The notes under the pieces were generated by a model. The model searched no databases. It worked only from the letters and a program-made list of their open reading frames with translations, and was not told the DNA's origin. From an uncultured Candidatus Rokubacteria bacterium (lineage in GTDB: Bacteria > Methylomirabilota > Methylomirabilia > Rokubacteriales > DASRDR01): a stretch of 64,000 nucleotides of DNA. The stretch is from assembly GCA_963708025.1 (NCBI GenBank), contig CAVPSB010000013.1:512001-576000 (forward strand), given 5' to 3'. Positions 20,831-31,317 of this stretch are shown here, piece after piece; position 1 is the first letter of the stretch, and each line of letters starts with the position of its first letter. A program made the translations under genes and the position numbers.

Positions 20831-21619
20831 ATGGAACTCGGGCTTCGGGGAAAGGTCGCGCTGGTGACCGGCGCCAACCGCGGGATCGGCCTGGCGATCG
20901 CCATGGAGCTCGCCCGGGAGGGCTGTGACCTCGCCATCTGTGCCCGCGGCGAGAGCACCCTGGCGGCGGCCGCCGAGCGCATCGGGGGGCTGGGCGTCCG
21001 GGTGGCCGCCATCCCGGCCGACGTCCTGCAACCCGCCGACGCGCAGCGCTTCGTGGAGGAGGCGGCCGCCCGGCTCGGCGGCATCGACATCCTGGTCAAC
21101 AACGCCGGGAAGAACGTCGGCCGGCGGCTGGCGGAGGCCACCGACGAGGAGTGGCGCCAGACGTTCGACTACAACGTCTTCCAGGCGGCCCGGCTCGTCC
21201 GGCTGGTCGTCCCCCACATGCGGCAGCGGGGCGGCGGCGCCGTGGTGCTGGTCTCGTCCATCTCGGGGTGGATCCCGCAGCTCGCCGGGACCGGCCAGTA
21301 CGGCGCCTCCAAGGCGGCGCAGATCTTCATGGCCGAGCCCCTCGCGCTGGAGCTGGTGCGCGACCGCATCCGGGTCAACGTGGTGTCGCCGGGCTCGATC
21401 CTCTTCGAGGGGGGCGGCTGGGATACCCGCCGGCGCACCGAGCCGGAGAAGTTCGCGGCCTACGAGCGGAACGGGTTCCCGGCGGGGCGCCTGGGGACCC
21501 CGGAGGAGGTCGCCGACGTCGTGGTGTTCCTGGTGTCCGATCGCGCGCGCTGGGTCAATGGCGCCAATGTCCGCGTGGACGGGCTCGAGCAGCCCGTGCC
21601 GTACGAGCGACCGTGGTGA
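20831..21619 (+). CDS. Short-chain dehydrogenase/reductase
   Basis: TGANRGIG, NNAG, YGASK. Confidence 0.95.
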   Translation: MELGLRGKVALVTGANRGIGLAIAMELAREGCDLAICARGESTLAAAAERIGGLGVRVAAIPADVLQPADAQRFVEEAAARLGGIDILVNNAGKNVGRRLAEATDEEWRQTFDYNVFQAARLVRLVVPHMRQRGGGAVVLVSSISGWIPQLAGTGQYGASKAAQIFMAEPLALELVRDRIRVNVVSPGSILFEGGGWDTRRRTEPEKFAAYERNGFPAGRLGTPEEVADVVVFLVSDRARWVNGANVRVDGLEQPVPYERPW

Positions 21620-21767
21620 CGGACCGAGGCAGACTCTGTCACGCCGCTTCTTACCGGGGCCGTGATGGTGTGAAGCCCTCCCCTGCTCTTCGCCCGAGAG
21701 GTCGGGATTACGCCGACAGGGTGAAGAGATGCGGCTGGACGAGAACGACATTCAGGAGGGAGGACCC

Positions 21768-22157
21768 ATGATCGAGTTCTTCAACCCGCCGGAGGCGCCG
21801 CCGCCCGGCGCCTTCTCGCGCGCCACCCGGGCCGCCGGGCTCGTCTTCGTGTCGGGGACGAGCGCCGGCCCCGACGCCGAGGGGCGGCCACGTCAGGGGA
21901 CGGCGGCCCAGGAGACTCGCTGGGCGTTGGAGCACATCTCCGCCATCCTCCGGGCGGCGGGGTCGTCGCTGGAGCGGGTGGTCCAGGTCACGCTGCTCAT
22001 CACCGACCCCGCGGACTACCACGAGGTCAACGCCGAGTACGTCAGACACTTCCCGCGCGGGCTGCCGGCCCGCCACACCGCCCGGTTCGGCGTCCCCACC
22101 AGCGCCCGGGTGGCTTTCGCCTGCATCGCCCTCGCGCCGGAGACGCCGGCGGGATAG
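21768..22157 (+). CDS. RidA/YjgF family protein
   Basis: FVSG..., AAGSSLERVV, N..Y..F...PAR; GGAGG RBS. Confidence 0.88.
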   Translation: MIEFFNPPEAPPPGAFSRATRAAGLVFVSGTSAGPDAEGRPRQGTAAQETRWALEHISAILRAAGSSLERVVQVTLLITDPADYHEVNAEYVRHFPRGLPARHTARFGVPTSARVAFACIALAPETPAG

Positions 22158-22173
22158 GCACCGGGGGAGAGGA

Positions 22174-22854
22174 ATGGACATCTTCGAAGCGCTCTACACG
22201 ACCCGGGCGATGCGACGCATGCAGGATCGGGACGTCCCGGACGAGCTGATCCCGCGCCTCCTCGACGCCGCGATCCGCGCACCTAGCGGGGGCAACTTCC
22301 AGAACTGGGGCTTCGTCGTGATCCGCGACCGCGCGATGAAGGCGTATCTGGGCGGCTTGTTCCGGGAGGACGTCGTCAGCGCGCGCCGGACCCGGTACCG
22401 GGAGCTGGACGAGGCCGTCGCCCGGGGCGAGCGCAGCGAGCGGTTGGACGCGCACGCGGCCTTCATCCGGTCAATGGTCCACCTGGCCGACCGCTTCGAG
22501 TCCGTGCCGGTCTTCATCGCGGCCCTGATCCGCTCCGGCGAGAACACCATCTGGCCGGGCGGCTCCATCTATCCCGCCGTCTGGAGCCTCCAGCTCGCCG
22601 CCCGGGCCCATGGGATCGGCACCGTCCCGGTGGGCAGCCTCGCCCGCCACCAGAGCGAGATCTTCCCCCGTCTCGGCGTCCCGGAGGACGAGGGATGGGT
22701 GCTGGCGACGTTCGTGGCGCTCGGCTATCCCACCGGCCGCTGGGGCGTGCCGCCCCGCAAGCCGGCCCACGAGGTCACCTTCGTCGAGCGCTGGGGCCAG
22801 CGGCCATCGTGGACGGTTCCCAGGCCGCTCTGGCCCTCGAAGGCGAGGCCTTGA
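22174..22854 (+). CDS. Nitroreductase family protein
   Basis: TTRAMRR, AAIRAPSGGNFQNW, LAARAHGIG, LGYP. Confidence 0.92.
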   Translation: MDIFEALYTTRAMRRMQDRDVPDELIPRLLDAAIRAPSGGNFQNWGFVVIRDRAMKAYLGGLFREDVVSARRTRYRELDEAVARGERSERLDAHAAFIRSMVHLADRFESVPVFIAALIRSGENTIWPGGSIYPAVWSLQLAARAHGIGTVPVGSLARHQSEIFPRLGVPEDEGWVLATFVALGYPTGRWGVPPRKPAHEVTFVERWGQRPSWTVPRPLWPSKARP

Positions 22855-22879
22855 CGGCCCTCGGGGCCGTCCCTACGAT
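22851..22879 (+). promoter_or_regulatory. Sigma70-like promoter with an inverted repeat in the spacer
   Basis: TTGACG-17 nt-TACGAT; GACGGCCC-tcg-GGGCCGTC overlaps it. Confidence 0.55.
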
Positions 22880-22924
22880 GGTTCCACCGCCGCTTGCCAT
22901 GACACCCCGTCCAAGGAGGAGAAC

Positions 22925-24262
22925 ATGACCAGCCTTGCGCGCGCCACGGCGTCCTCGTTCTTCTTCGTGTCCCTGACCCTGATCGTGATCCTGGTCGCCG
23001 GACCGGGACCGGCCCACGGCCAGGCGGGCGGCCCGGTGACGCTCAACCTGGTGTCGTGGAGCTACGGGGTCGAGATCGTGCGCGACAACATCGACAAGTT
23101 CCAGCAGCGGCACCCCGGCGTGGTCGTCAAGTACAGCGACTTCTCCTGGGCGACCTACCACGACGCGATGGTGGCCCGCTTCGCCAGCCGCACGCCCACC
23201 GACGTCCTCTACTCGTCGGACCACTGGCTCCAGGAGTGGGCCGCCGCCGGCTGGATCGTCCCGGTTGACGAGCACTTCCCGCAGGTGCGGCAGTACCTCG
23301 CCGAGTACTCCCCGTTCGTCCGGGAGGCGCTGACCTACAAGGGGCGGATCTACGGCACGCCGTACTACGCCGACACCTTCATCTTCGTGTACAACGCCGA
23401 CCACCTGCAGAGGGCCGGCTTCAAGGCACCGCCGGCGACCCTCGACGAGTGGACCCGGCAGGCGGAGGCCATCAAGGCCAAGGGCATCGCCGATTTCCCC
23501 ATCGCGCTGGGCTGGGGCCAGCAGGACCCGTTTTCCATCGAGAGCTTCACCGCCCTGGTGTTCGCCCAGCAGAACGGGACGATGTTCGACAAGGCGCTCA
23601 ACCCCGCGTTCAAGGCCCCGGGCAGCGCGGCCGAGAAGGTCGTGGCCTGGGCCACCGACGCGCTCCAGACGAAGAAGATCCTGGGGCCGACGTCGCTGCA
23701 GGCCATGAACATCGACATGATCAAGGCGCTCCAGGCGGGCGCGGCCACGTTCGGCGTCATCCCGTCGTACTCGCTGGCGGTGCTCAACGACCCCGGCCAG
23801 ACCCAGCAGGCGGGCAAGTTCAAGATCGGCCTGATGCCCGGGGAGAGCCACGCCACCGTGGGCTTCATCCGCTTCTACGCCATCAGCGCGCAGGTCCCGC
23901 GTCGCGGGAAGGAAGCGCTCACCGCCGCCTGGAACTTCCTCGACTACTTCGGCGGCAAGATCGACGGCGAGTACCGGGTCACCAAGCGCTGGTCCCTGGA
24001 GAAGGGCCTGGGCTTCGCCCAGACGGCGCTGTTCGGGGACAAGGAGATCCGGGCCGCCTTCGGCAAATGGGCCGACGTCGACATGCTCCAGAAGCAGGCG
24101 GACCTCGCCCGGGCCAAGGAAGGGATGACATCCTACTACGGCACCTGGGACGTCTTCAGCCGGGCGGAGCTGCACAAGGCCTATCTCGGCCAGCAGAAGC
24201 CGGCGGAGAGCCTCGCCAACATGGCGAAGAAGTGGGAGGAGCTCCGGGCCAAGGCCAAGTAA
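22925..24262 (+). CDS. Carbohydrate-type ABC substrate-binding protein
   Basis: Signal peptide, G.IYGTPYYADT..FVYN motif; AAGGAGG RBS. Confidence 0.9.
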   Translation: MTSLARATASSFFFVSLTLIVILVAGPGPAHGQAGGPVTLNLVSWSYGVEIVRDNIDKFQQRHPGVVVKYSDFSWATYHDAMVARFASRTPTDVLYSSDHWLQEWAAAGWIVPVDEHFPQVRQYLAEYSPFVREALTYKGRIYGTPYYADTFIFVYNADHLQRAGFKAPPATLDEWTRQAEAIKAKGIADFPIALGWGQQDPFSIESFTALVFAQQNGTMFDKALNPAFKAPGSAAEKVVAWATDALQTKKILGPTSLQAMNIDMIKALQAGAATFGVIPSYSLAVLNDPGQTQQAGKFKIGLMPGESHATVGFIRFYAISAQVPRRGKEALTAAWNFLDYFGGKIDGEYRVTKRWSLEKGLGFAQTALFGDKEIRAAFGKWADVDMLQKQADLARAKEGMTSYYGTWDVFSRAELHKAYLGQQKPAESLANMAKKWEELRAKAK

Positions 24263-24283
24263 CTAGCCAGCTAACGGGGCCCC

Positions 24284-25195
24284 GTGCCGCCGAGCGCCAC
24301 CGCGCCGCGGGCCAGGGCGACCGCCCTGGCCCGCTCGTACCCGTACGTCACCGTCCTGCCCGTCATGCTGGTGGTGGCGCTCTTCACCGTCTACCCGCTG
24401 CTCTACAGCATCGACCTCAGCCTCCACGAGAACGTCCTCACCCGGCCGCTCGACCACGACTTCGTCGGCCTGCAGAACTTCCGGGAGGTGATCACCGGAT
24501 ACTACTTCTGGCGGTCCCTGTGGTCCACCGCGGTCTTCGCCGTCATGGCCGTGCTCGCCGTCACCCTCTACGGCCTGGGGGCCGCGCTGCTCCTGAACCA
24601 GCCGGTGTTCGGCGGCGCGCTGCTGAAGGTCGTGATCCTGCTCCCGTGGGCCATCCCGGCCGTCATCAGCGGGATCATCTGGCGCTGGATCTTCGACGGC
24701 GACTACGGGGTGCTGAACGGCCTGCTCCTGGCCACCGGCGCCGTCGACCGCTACGTGCCGTGGATGAGCAACATCGTCAGTGCCCGCATCTGCCTCGTCA
24801 TCGCCCACGTGTGGAAGCAGGGGCCGCTGGCTTCGGTGTTCCTGCTGGCGGCGCTGCAGGTCATTCCCGCCGACCTCTACGACGCCGCCCGCATCGACGG
24901 CGCCGGGCGCTGGAACGGCTTCCGCTACGTGACGATCCCGTACCTCCGGGCCACGCTGGCGCTGGTGCTGATCTACGAGACCATCGTGGCCATCGCCACG
25001 TTCGACCTCGTCTACGTGATGACCGGCGGGGGGCCGGCCGACGCCACCGCCATCATCGGGTGGTACGCCTACACCGAGATCTTCCGCTTCCTCAACCTCG
25101 GGCACGGCGCCGCGCTGGCGCTCATCCTGGCGGTCTTGCTGCTCGGCATGGTGATCCTCTACCTGCGCGCGCTGCGGTGGGAGGAGACGTCGTGA
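24284..25195 (+). CDS. Carbohydrate ABC permease (MalF-like)
   Basis: FVGLQNF, LYDAARIDGA, MTGGGP. Confidence 0.92.
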   Translation: MPPSATAPRARATALARSYPYVTVLPVMLVVALFTVYPLLYSIDLSLHENVLTRPLDHDFVGLQNFREVITGYYFWRSLWSTAVFAVMAVLAVTLYGLGAALLLNQPVFGGALLKVVILLPWAIPAVISGIIWRWIFDGDYGVLNGLLLATGAVDRYVPWMSNIVSARICLVIAHVWKQGPLASVFLLAALQVIPADLYDAARIDGAGRWNGFRYVTIPYLRATLALVLIYETIVAIATFDLVYVMTGGGPADATAIIGWYAYTEIFRFLNLGHGAALALILAVLLLGMVILYLRALRWEETS

Positions 25196-26109
25196 TCGAT
25201 CGCCCGGCGCCGCGCCGGCGGCCCCGGTCCCGCCGGGTCGAGCGGACGCTGCTCAACCTGGCCAGCGTCCTGCTGGGGGCGTTCATCCTGGCGCCGTTCG
25301 CCTGGATGCTGGTCTCGAGCCTCGCGGGCGAGGCCGAGCTGACGCGCCGACCGCCGGTCTTCGTCCCGTCGCCGCCGACCGCGGCCAACTACACCTACAT
25401 CTTCACCGGCCGGCTGCCCACCGACCCTACCCGTCACGGCATCTTCACCTGGCAGACGTCGTACGAGGTGCGGCTGCTCGTGCCGGCCTTGAAGAACAGC
25501 TTCATCGTGGCCCTGTCGGTGATGGCGGCGAACGTGGTGTTCGGCGGACTGGCGGCCTACAGCTTCGCCCGCCTCCGCTTCCGCGGCCGGCGCGCGGCGT
25601 ACGCCTTCATCCTGACCAGCCGGCTGCTGCCGGCGGTGGCGGTGGCGATCCCGTTCTATGCCATCGTGCAGCAGCTGGAGCTGCTGGACACGTACCGGGC
25701 CCTGATCCTCGTGTACCTGGCCTTCACCTTCCCCTTCACCATCTACTTCCTGTCCGTCTACTTCCGCTACCTGCCGGTGGAGGTGGAGGAGGCGGCGCTG
25801 CTCGACGGCTGCAGCCGCTTCCAGACGCTCCTGCGCATCGTGGTGCCGTGCGCCGGGCCGGGGCTGGTGGCGGCCGCGGCCTTCGCCTTCATGACCTCGT
25901 ACAACGAGTTCCTCTTCGCCCTCCTGCTCACCCAGACGATCGAGGCCCAGACGATGCCGGTGCTGATGGCGGCGGTGGCCACGAATCCCGCCGTCAGCCA
26001 CGCCCTGCTGGCCGCCTGCGTGATGCTGGCCATCGTTCCCCCGGGGCTGCTGGCCCTGGCCCTGCGGCGCTACCTCACCCGGGGCCTGATGGCGTCCATC
26101 GCCCGGTGA
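25192..26109 (+). CDS. Carbohydrate ABC permease (MalG-like)
   Basis: AAYSFARLRFRG, EEAALLDGC, YNEFLFA; GTGA overlap. Confidence 0.92.
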   Translation: MIDRPAPRRRPRSRRVERTLLNLASVLLGAFILAPFAWMLVSSLAGEAELTRRPPVFVPSPPTAANYTYIFTGRLPTDPTRHGIFTWQTSYEVRLLVPALKNSFIVALSVMAANVVFGGLAAYSFARLRFRGRRAAYAFILTSRLLPAVAVAIPFYAIVQQLELLDTYRALILVYLAFTFPFTIYFLSVYFRYLPVEVEEAALLDGCSRFQTLLRIVVPCAGPGLVAAAAFAFMTSYNEFLFALLLTQTIEAQTMPVLMAAVATNPAVSHALLAACVMLAIVPPGLLALALRRYLTRGLMASIAR

Positions 26110-26140
26110 GAGGATGCGCGGGGCGATCCTTGCTACGTCA

Positions 26141-27299
26141 TCACTGTGCGGTCCGTAGGCCCGCGGGCCCGCCGTTGACCTTGATCGCACCGATCTTCGT
26201 CAGGCCCTTGCTGTCAAAACTCAGCACCTCCAGCTCCTTCTCGATCATGCTCTGCGCGAGAAGGGTCTTGCCGTCCCTGCTCCAGACCACACCCTGTCCC
26301 CAATGGCCGACCTTGGCCTCGGCCACGAGCGTGAGTTTCGTCCCATTGATGCGAAACACTTTGACCAATCCAAAGTCGTTGAAGGCCTGGTGCGACTTCG
26401 GCCGCTGCGAGCCGTTCTGGATGGTCACCGCCACGTGGGAGCCGTCGGGTGATATGGCGACGCCCTCCGGAATCTGACCGACGGAGATGGTGTCGACGAT
26501 GCGCGGCGGGCTCATTCTGAGGTCGATGACATTGATCGTGTCGATGTCACCCACACCCCCGCCTTGATTGACGAGTACGGCTACGTCGCCCTTGGAGCTG
26601 ATGTCGATGGCGTAGGGCCGTATTCCCCCGACCATGAACTGCTTGGTGTCCTCGATCTTGCTGCCGTTGACCGACAGCACCGAGATACGGTGATCACCGT
26701 CGCGCGTAACGAGCACCATCTTGCCGTCGGGAGTGAAAGCGGCGTGACTCGGCCCGGACTTGGCGTCGCCGAGTTGAATCTTGCCAGCGGCCGTGAGCAC
26801 CTTGCCTGAAATCGCATAGATCGAGACGGTGCCCTCCGCCCGGTTGGCGACGAGCGCCAGCGTGCCGGCGCGATTGATCGAGACCCCGGAGGCACCCATT
26901 CCGGCCTCCAGCGTCGCGATCACCGCCGGGGGCGACACCTTGAGATCGATCACGCTGAGCTTGTTGTCGGGAACCGTCTTCTTGGGATCGGCGGGATCGA
27001 TCTTCAGCGCCGCCGCTACCAGCGCAAAACTCTCGTCGGGCGCGACCGCCACGTTCTGCGGCGGGCCAGCCACACTCGATGGCGCCTTGACTTCGCCGAT
27101 GACCCTGGGCGGCGAAGCGCCGAGATCGACGATCGTGACCGTGTCCGCCGGCGGATTCTCGACGATCTGGTTGACGCCGTTGACATTGATGACCTTGTTG
27201 TCATTGGAGGAGACCGCGATCTGGGCGGCGGCGCCGACCGACAGGAGCGGCAGGGTGATGAGGGCGAGCCCGGTCGTCGTGCGACATGCGGAATGTCAT
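26141..27299 (-). CDS. Exported YncE/YVTN-like beta-propeller protein; 1-bp shift in the signal peptide region
   Basis: Repeated P.GVAISPDG/SVIDL blades; ATG 27299 with GGGAGG RBS is out of frame with the body. Confidence 0.8.
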
Positions 27300-27434
27300 G
27301 GAGAGTCCTCCCTTGCTGGGATTGAATCGGCCTTCAGCCGATATGGCCGCGAACCATTGGACATGTACGACCCCGCGCGTGCGGGCGTGGTCACCCGGAC
27401 CGTCATCGCCCTCGCTCCGTAAGGGGGCTGGCGA

Positions 27435-27520
27435 TCACGTGGGGCGCCACGCCAGGCCCTCGATTCGGGCAAGGATCTGCCCAAACAGGTACCGCGTCAA
27501 GTGGCTCTCGGCCACTGTGG
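27435..27520 (-). mobile_element. IS1380-family transposase C-terminal remnant
   Basis: AESHLTRYLFGQILARIEGLAWRPT*. Confidence 0.65.
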
Positions 27521-27656
27521 CTCGTCCGCGGGCCGGGCCCGGTGGCAAGGAAGAACGCGGCATTGTCGGGATAGGCCGGCTGTTGGCCGTGGCTGCCCAG
27601 CAGGGGCTTGTCTCGGCCACGCGACGCGCCGGCCGTCACCGGCCAACGACGACGAG

Positions 27657-28088
27657 CTACCCGCCGAGCCCGCTCGTCCCGACCCAGCCGGTCTCGGAGA
27701 CGTTGACCATCACGCCGTCGGGCCCGTTGTACTTCACCTCGACGTTGGCGTGATGGACGCCGGGCATCCCGACGCCGAGAGCGCGATTGACGTCGTCGCG
27801 GGGCTGGGCGCCTGCCGCCGCGAGCTTCTCCTTGATTTCCTCGAGGCTCTCGACCTGGAACCCTATGTGGTGGATGCCGCTCCAGTCCTTGCCGCGCTCC
27901 ACGCCGGCCACCGCGTCGTTCTTGAAGTCGAGGATGGCCAGGTTGAGGTCGCCATCGCTCAGGTAGTAGCCGCTGGCGGTCGGGCTGTCGATCTTGGCGA
28001 TCTGCTTCATGCCGAACACGTCCATGTAGAACTTGGCCGTCTTCTCCACATCCTGGGTCGCGAGCGCGATGTGCTTGATCTTGGGCAT
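27657..28088 (-). CDS. VOC/glyoxalase family protein
   Basis: IKHIAL..DVEKTAKFY..VFGM, GIHHIGFQV, GPDGV. Confidence 0.9.
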   Translation of the reverse strand: MPKIKHIALATQDVEKTAKFYMDVFGMKQIAKIDSPTASGYYLSDGDLNLAILDFKNDAVAGVERGKDWSGIHHIGFQVESLEEIKEKLAAAGAQPRDDVNRALGVGMPGVHHANVEVKYNGPDGVMVNVSETGWVGTSGLGG

Positions 28089-28421
28089 GACGGTTCCCCC
28101 TCTCGCCGGTTCAGGTCGGTCCACGTGGCTGCCCTGCTAGGGTAAGGCAGCGCCCGGCGAAACGCCAGGGTCGCGATGGGCGCGAGGCCGCGGGCCGAGT
28201 TGGCCCGCTGCGCCCGATCCCCCCGCGGCCCAGGCGAGGGGCCTGGAGACCCACCTGCGCAGAGAGACCCGGGCGTCGGCGGCGCGACCCGGAGATCCGT
28301 TCCCCCGGGGATCGGTCGGGGCGGTCAGCCGGGATGGCGGGCACCCGCGTGCCGTGTCCGGACGGGGCGGATCATGATTTTTCAATGACCACGAGTGGGG
28401 ATTATTGGATGACCGCTGACA

Positions 28422-29618
28422 CTAGACGACGCCGTCGGCGCGTAGTGCGGCGATCTCGGTGGCTGTGAGACCGAGCAGCTCGGACAGGATTTCGTCGGTG
28501 TGACGCCCGAGAGCGGCGCCGGCGTGGGTGACGCGGCCCGGTGTGCGCGAGAGCTTGGGCACAACTCCGGGCTGGGGTAACGCGCCGAGCCCCTCTGCCG
28601 GGACGTCGATGATCATTTCGCGGGCGCGGTAGTGGGGGTCGGCGAAGATGTCGGCCATGCTCATGATGGGCGAGTGCGGGATCTCGGAGGCCGAGAGCTC
28701 GGCCACGGCCTTGTCGTAGGGCCGGGCCGCGAACCACTCGGTCATCAGATCCAGGATCACCCCGATGTGCTTCGGCCGCTCGGCCGCGCTGGCGAACCGC
28801 GGGTCGCGCGGAAGCTCCGGCCGCCCGATCATCGCGCAAAGGCGCTCGAAGAGATGCTGGGCCGGCGCGGTGAAGACCACCCACCGGCCGTCCAGCGTCT
28901 GAAAGGCGCCGCCCGGCCAGCCGACGTGCTGCAGGCTGCCGCGTTCGCGGACGACGCCCTGCCGGCCGTAGAGCGTGGGCGCGTACTCCATGATGCGAAA
29001 GGCCGATTCGTAGAGCGCGGCGTCGATCCACTGGCCCTCGCCGGTCGCGTCGCGATGGCGGAGCGCGGCGAGCACGCCGAAGGCCGTGAACAGGCCGGTC
29101 AGGTAGTCGGGATAGACCGGCGTCGGGCGCGCCGGCGGCCGGTCGGCGTGGCCGTTCACGTACCAGGTGCCGCCGAAGGCCGAGCCGATGGCCGCGTACC
29201 CCGGTCCCATCTTGAGAGGGCCCGTCTGGCCGAAGGTCGTGATGCGCGCCATCACCAGGCGCGGATTGGCCGCGTGGAGCGCCTCCCAGCCGAGCCCCCA
29301 GCGCTCCAGGACCCCGGGCCGGAAATTTTCCAGCACCACGTCGCAGTGGGGCACCAGCCGGCGGACGATGTCCTGGCCTTTTGCCGTGTGGAGGTCGAGC
29401 GTCATGAGCTTCTTGTTGCGGTTGTCGGCGGCGAACCAGTAGCCGTGACCGTCTTCGACCGGCCCGAGGCGCCGGAGGTCGTCACCCCGGCCCGGCATCT
29501 CGGTCTTGATGACCTCGGCCCCGAACTCGGCCATGAGGGTGCCGCAGAACGGGCCGGCGACCACCTGGGCCAGCTCGAGCACACGGATGCCGTCGAGGGG
29601 AGCTCGTGGCTCCGTCAT
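28422..29618 (-). CDS. CaiB/BaiF class III CoA-transferase
   Basis: PLDGIRVLEL..VAGP, GAEVIK.E, NRNKK, ENFRPG, LGRHTDEIL. Confidence 0.95.
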   Translation of the reverse strand: MTEPRAPLDGIRVLELAQVVAGPFCGTLMAEFGAEVIKTEMPGRGDDLRRLGPVEDGHGYWFAADNRNKKLMTLDLHTAKGQDIVRRLVPHCDVVLENFRPGVLERWGLGWEALHAANPRLVMARITTFGQTGPLKMGPGYAAIGSAFGGTWYVNGHADRPPARPTPVYPDYLTGLFTAFGVLAALRHRDATGEGQWIDAALYESAFRIMEYAPTLYGRQGVVRERGSLQHVGWPGGAFQTLDGRWVVFTAPAQHLFERLCAMIGRPELPRDPRFASAAERPKHIGVILDLMTEWFAARPYDKAVAELSASEIPHSPIMSMADIFADPHYRAREMIIDVPAEGLGALPQPGVVPKLSRTPGRVTHAGAALGRHTDEILSELLGLTATEIAALRADGVV

Positions 29619-29750
29619 TCCGGAGGAACGACCTCCCGGAGGCGAGGCAGGACCTCCTTGGCGAACAGGGTGAGGCCGTTCTTGGCTTCGGCGTGCGTCA
29701 TGACGCCTGACCGGCTGGCCAGGATCAGATGCTCCGTGCTGGAGCAGCTC
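29615..29750 (-). pseudogene. LLM-class flavin oxidoreductase C-terminal stump
   Basis: GVMTHAEAKNGLTLFAKEVLPRLR*; stop overlaps the CoA-transferase ATG. Confidence 0.6.
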
Positions 29751-30055
29751 CGTATTGAGACGTGAGAGCCCCCGGTAGTTCCACGGGTCGGCGAGCACCT
29801 CGGTCTCGAACCAATGGAGCGTCGAGGTGAGCGCGACGCTCGTCTCCCTCCGCTCGCGCGAGGCCAGCATCCGAAAGGCGGGGTCCCGGGCCAGCCGCTC
29901 GGCGTCGTCGTGTCCTCATAGCCCGCGAGGCGGCTGTAGATCGACTGGCGGAACAGATCAGGCAACGCGAATTGGAAGTTGCGCCCCGTACGGGGATCGG
30001 TGAGGTGTCGTTCTACGACCGGCGGGGGACGGAGGATCCCGGCATCCAACGGGGT
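29750..30055 (-). mobile_element. IS1380-family transposase N-terminal remnant
   Basis: DAG.L...ERHLTDPRTGRN.QF.LPDLFRQSIYSRLAGYED(T)..DAERLARDPAFRML..STLHWFETEVL. Confidence 0.8.
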
Positions 30056-30168
30056 TCTCCTCCCCGAGGGGCCCGGAGCCGCCTGGCGCGGCCCGGCACT
30101 GGGGGGCCTCGAGGCGCTTGGGCCGTAGACCGTCGTCAGGGCCGGGGCGATCCGCGTATGGGCCATCG

Positions 30169-31138
30169 TTACGACCTCTTCGCGCGCTTCTGACCCGGGC
30201 CCTGCGTGAGGCGCACGAACAGAATCCCGAAGCCGAGAAAGACGAGGCCCATCAGCAGCATGCCGCCCGACAGCGCGAACGTGGTGAACGACCAGTCCAG
30301 GTTGTAACGGATCACATTCGGGTCATCGGGCCGATGGTGAATCCGGTGGCGCGTGCCCGGCGCGAACTGTTGCAGCAGCTCGTCCCGACGGCTGAGGCTG
30401 GACGACGCGAGACCGGACGTGGTCTGGCTCTCGAACCGTGCGCCGCTGACCTCGTAACGGAAGGTGACCTGGACGTCGTACATCAGTTGTGAGGGCCGGT
30501 TGCCGACGCTCGTCCGGCTGCTGATCGGACGCACCGCTACCGCCTCGGCGTCGAACGGGCTGCCAGCTTCGCAGCATGGCCACGTCGAGCGACACCAGCC
30601 ACACGCCCAGCCCGAGGATGCCGACGCCGATGGCGACGAAGAGCAGCGCCACGCGCCGCGTCAGTCGCACGTTGTCGGCCGGGGAGGCTCTCCGCGGCTG
30701 GCGAGAGCGGGTCAGCGTCCACACCCCGATGCCCGAGAAGATCAGCCCCATGATGCCCAGCACGCCGGGGCCGATCAGGTTCGTGAGCGTCGCCCCCAGC
30801 TCGTACCGCACGTCGTTCTCGTCGGCCGGGTTGATGGCCACCTCGACGGTCGATCCGGCAGGATAGCGATCGACGTGGCTCTTCACCAGGTTGTACGAGC
30901 TCGAATCCCACGACGGGCGAACGGTGACCTGCCGGATGCCGCCGGCCGTCTGGAACCGCAGCACCAGCTCCGGCTTGTGCTGATTGGGGTTGCGTGGGTT
31001 GATGACGCGGCTGGAGACGACCGTCGCCTCGACCCGCGGCCAGGTGAGCGGCCGCTGCACGCCGTAGTAGTACCACGTGCCACCGCCGCCCAGCAGCGCC
31101 AGGCCGATCAGGAGGAAGACGGCCCCGGTGATCTTCAT
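30169..31138 (-). CDS. Tandem DUF3592-like membrane protein; frameshift near 30545
   Basis: Two TM-W..V.A.V..-G..V.V..NP.D/P..V-TM units. Confidence 0.7.
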
Positions 31139-31317
31139 CCGGGCGCCGCTCGTCGTCGGCCCCTCGTGCTCTTCGATCCGTCGCGCTCAGCGGCCCACGG
31201 CCAGCAACGCGGGCTTCCGGGCCCGCCCGAGCAGTGTCCCACGGCGAGTGAGCATATCACCGTTCCAGCGCACCATCCCGGTCACCCCTCGGGCGCGTGC
31301 CGGCGGAAGGCCCGCGG

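Noticed and set aside
28140-28420. Riboswitch upstream of the VOC gene
   Set aside because: Only generic GC-rich stems; no recognisable aptamer consensus.
28422-29870. 482-aa CoA-transferase with a novel N-terminal extension
   Set aside because: The extension is IS1380 and LLM remnant DNA; the real start is 29618.
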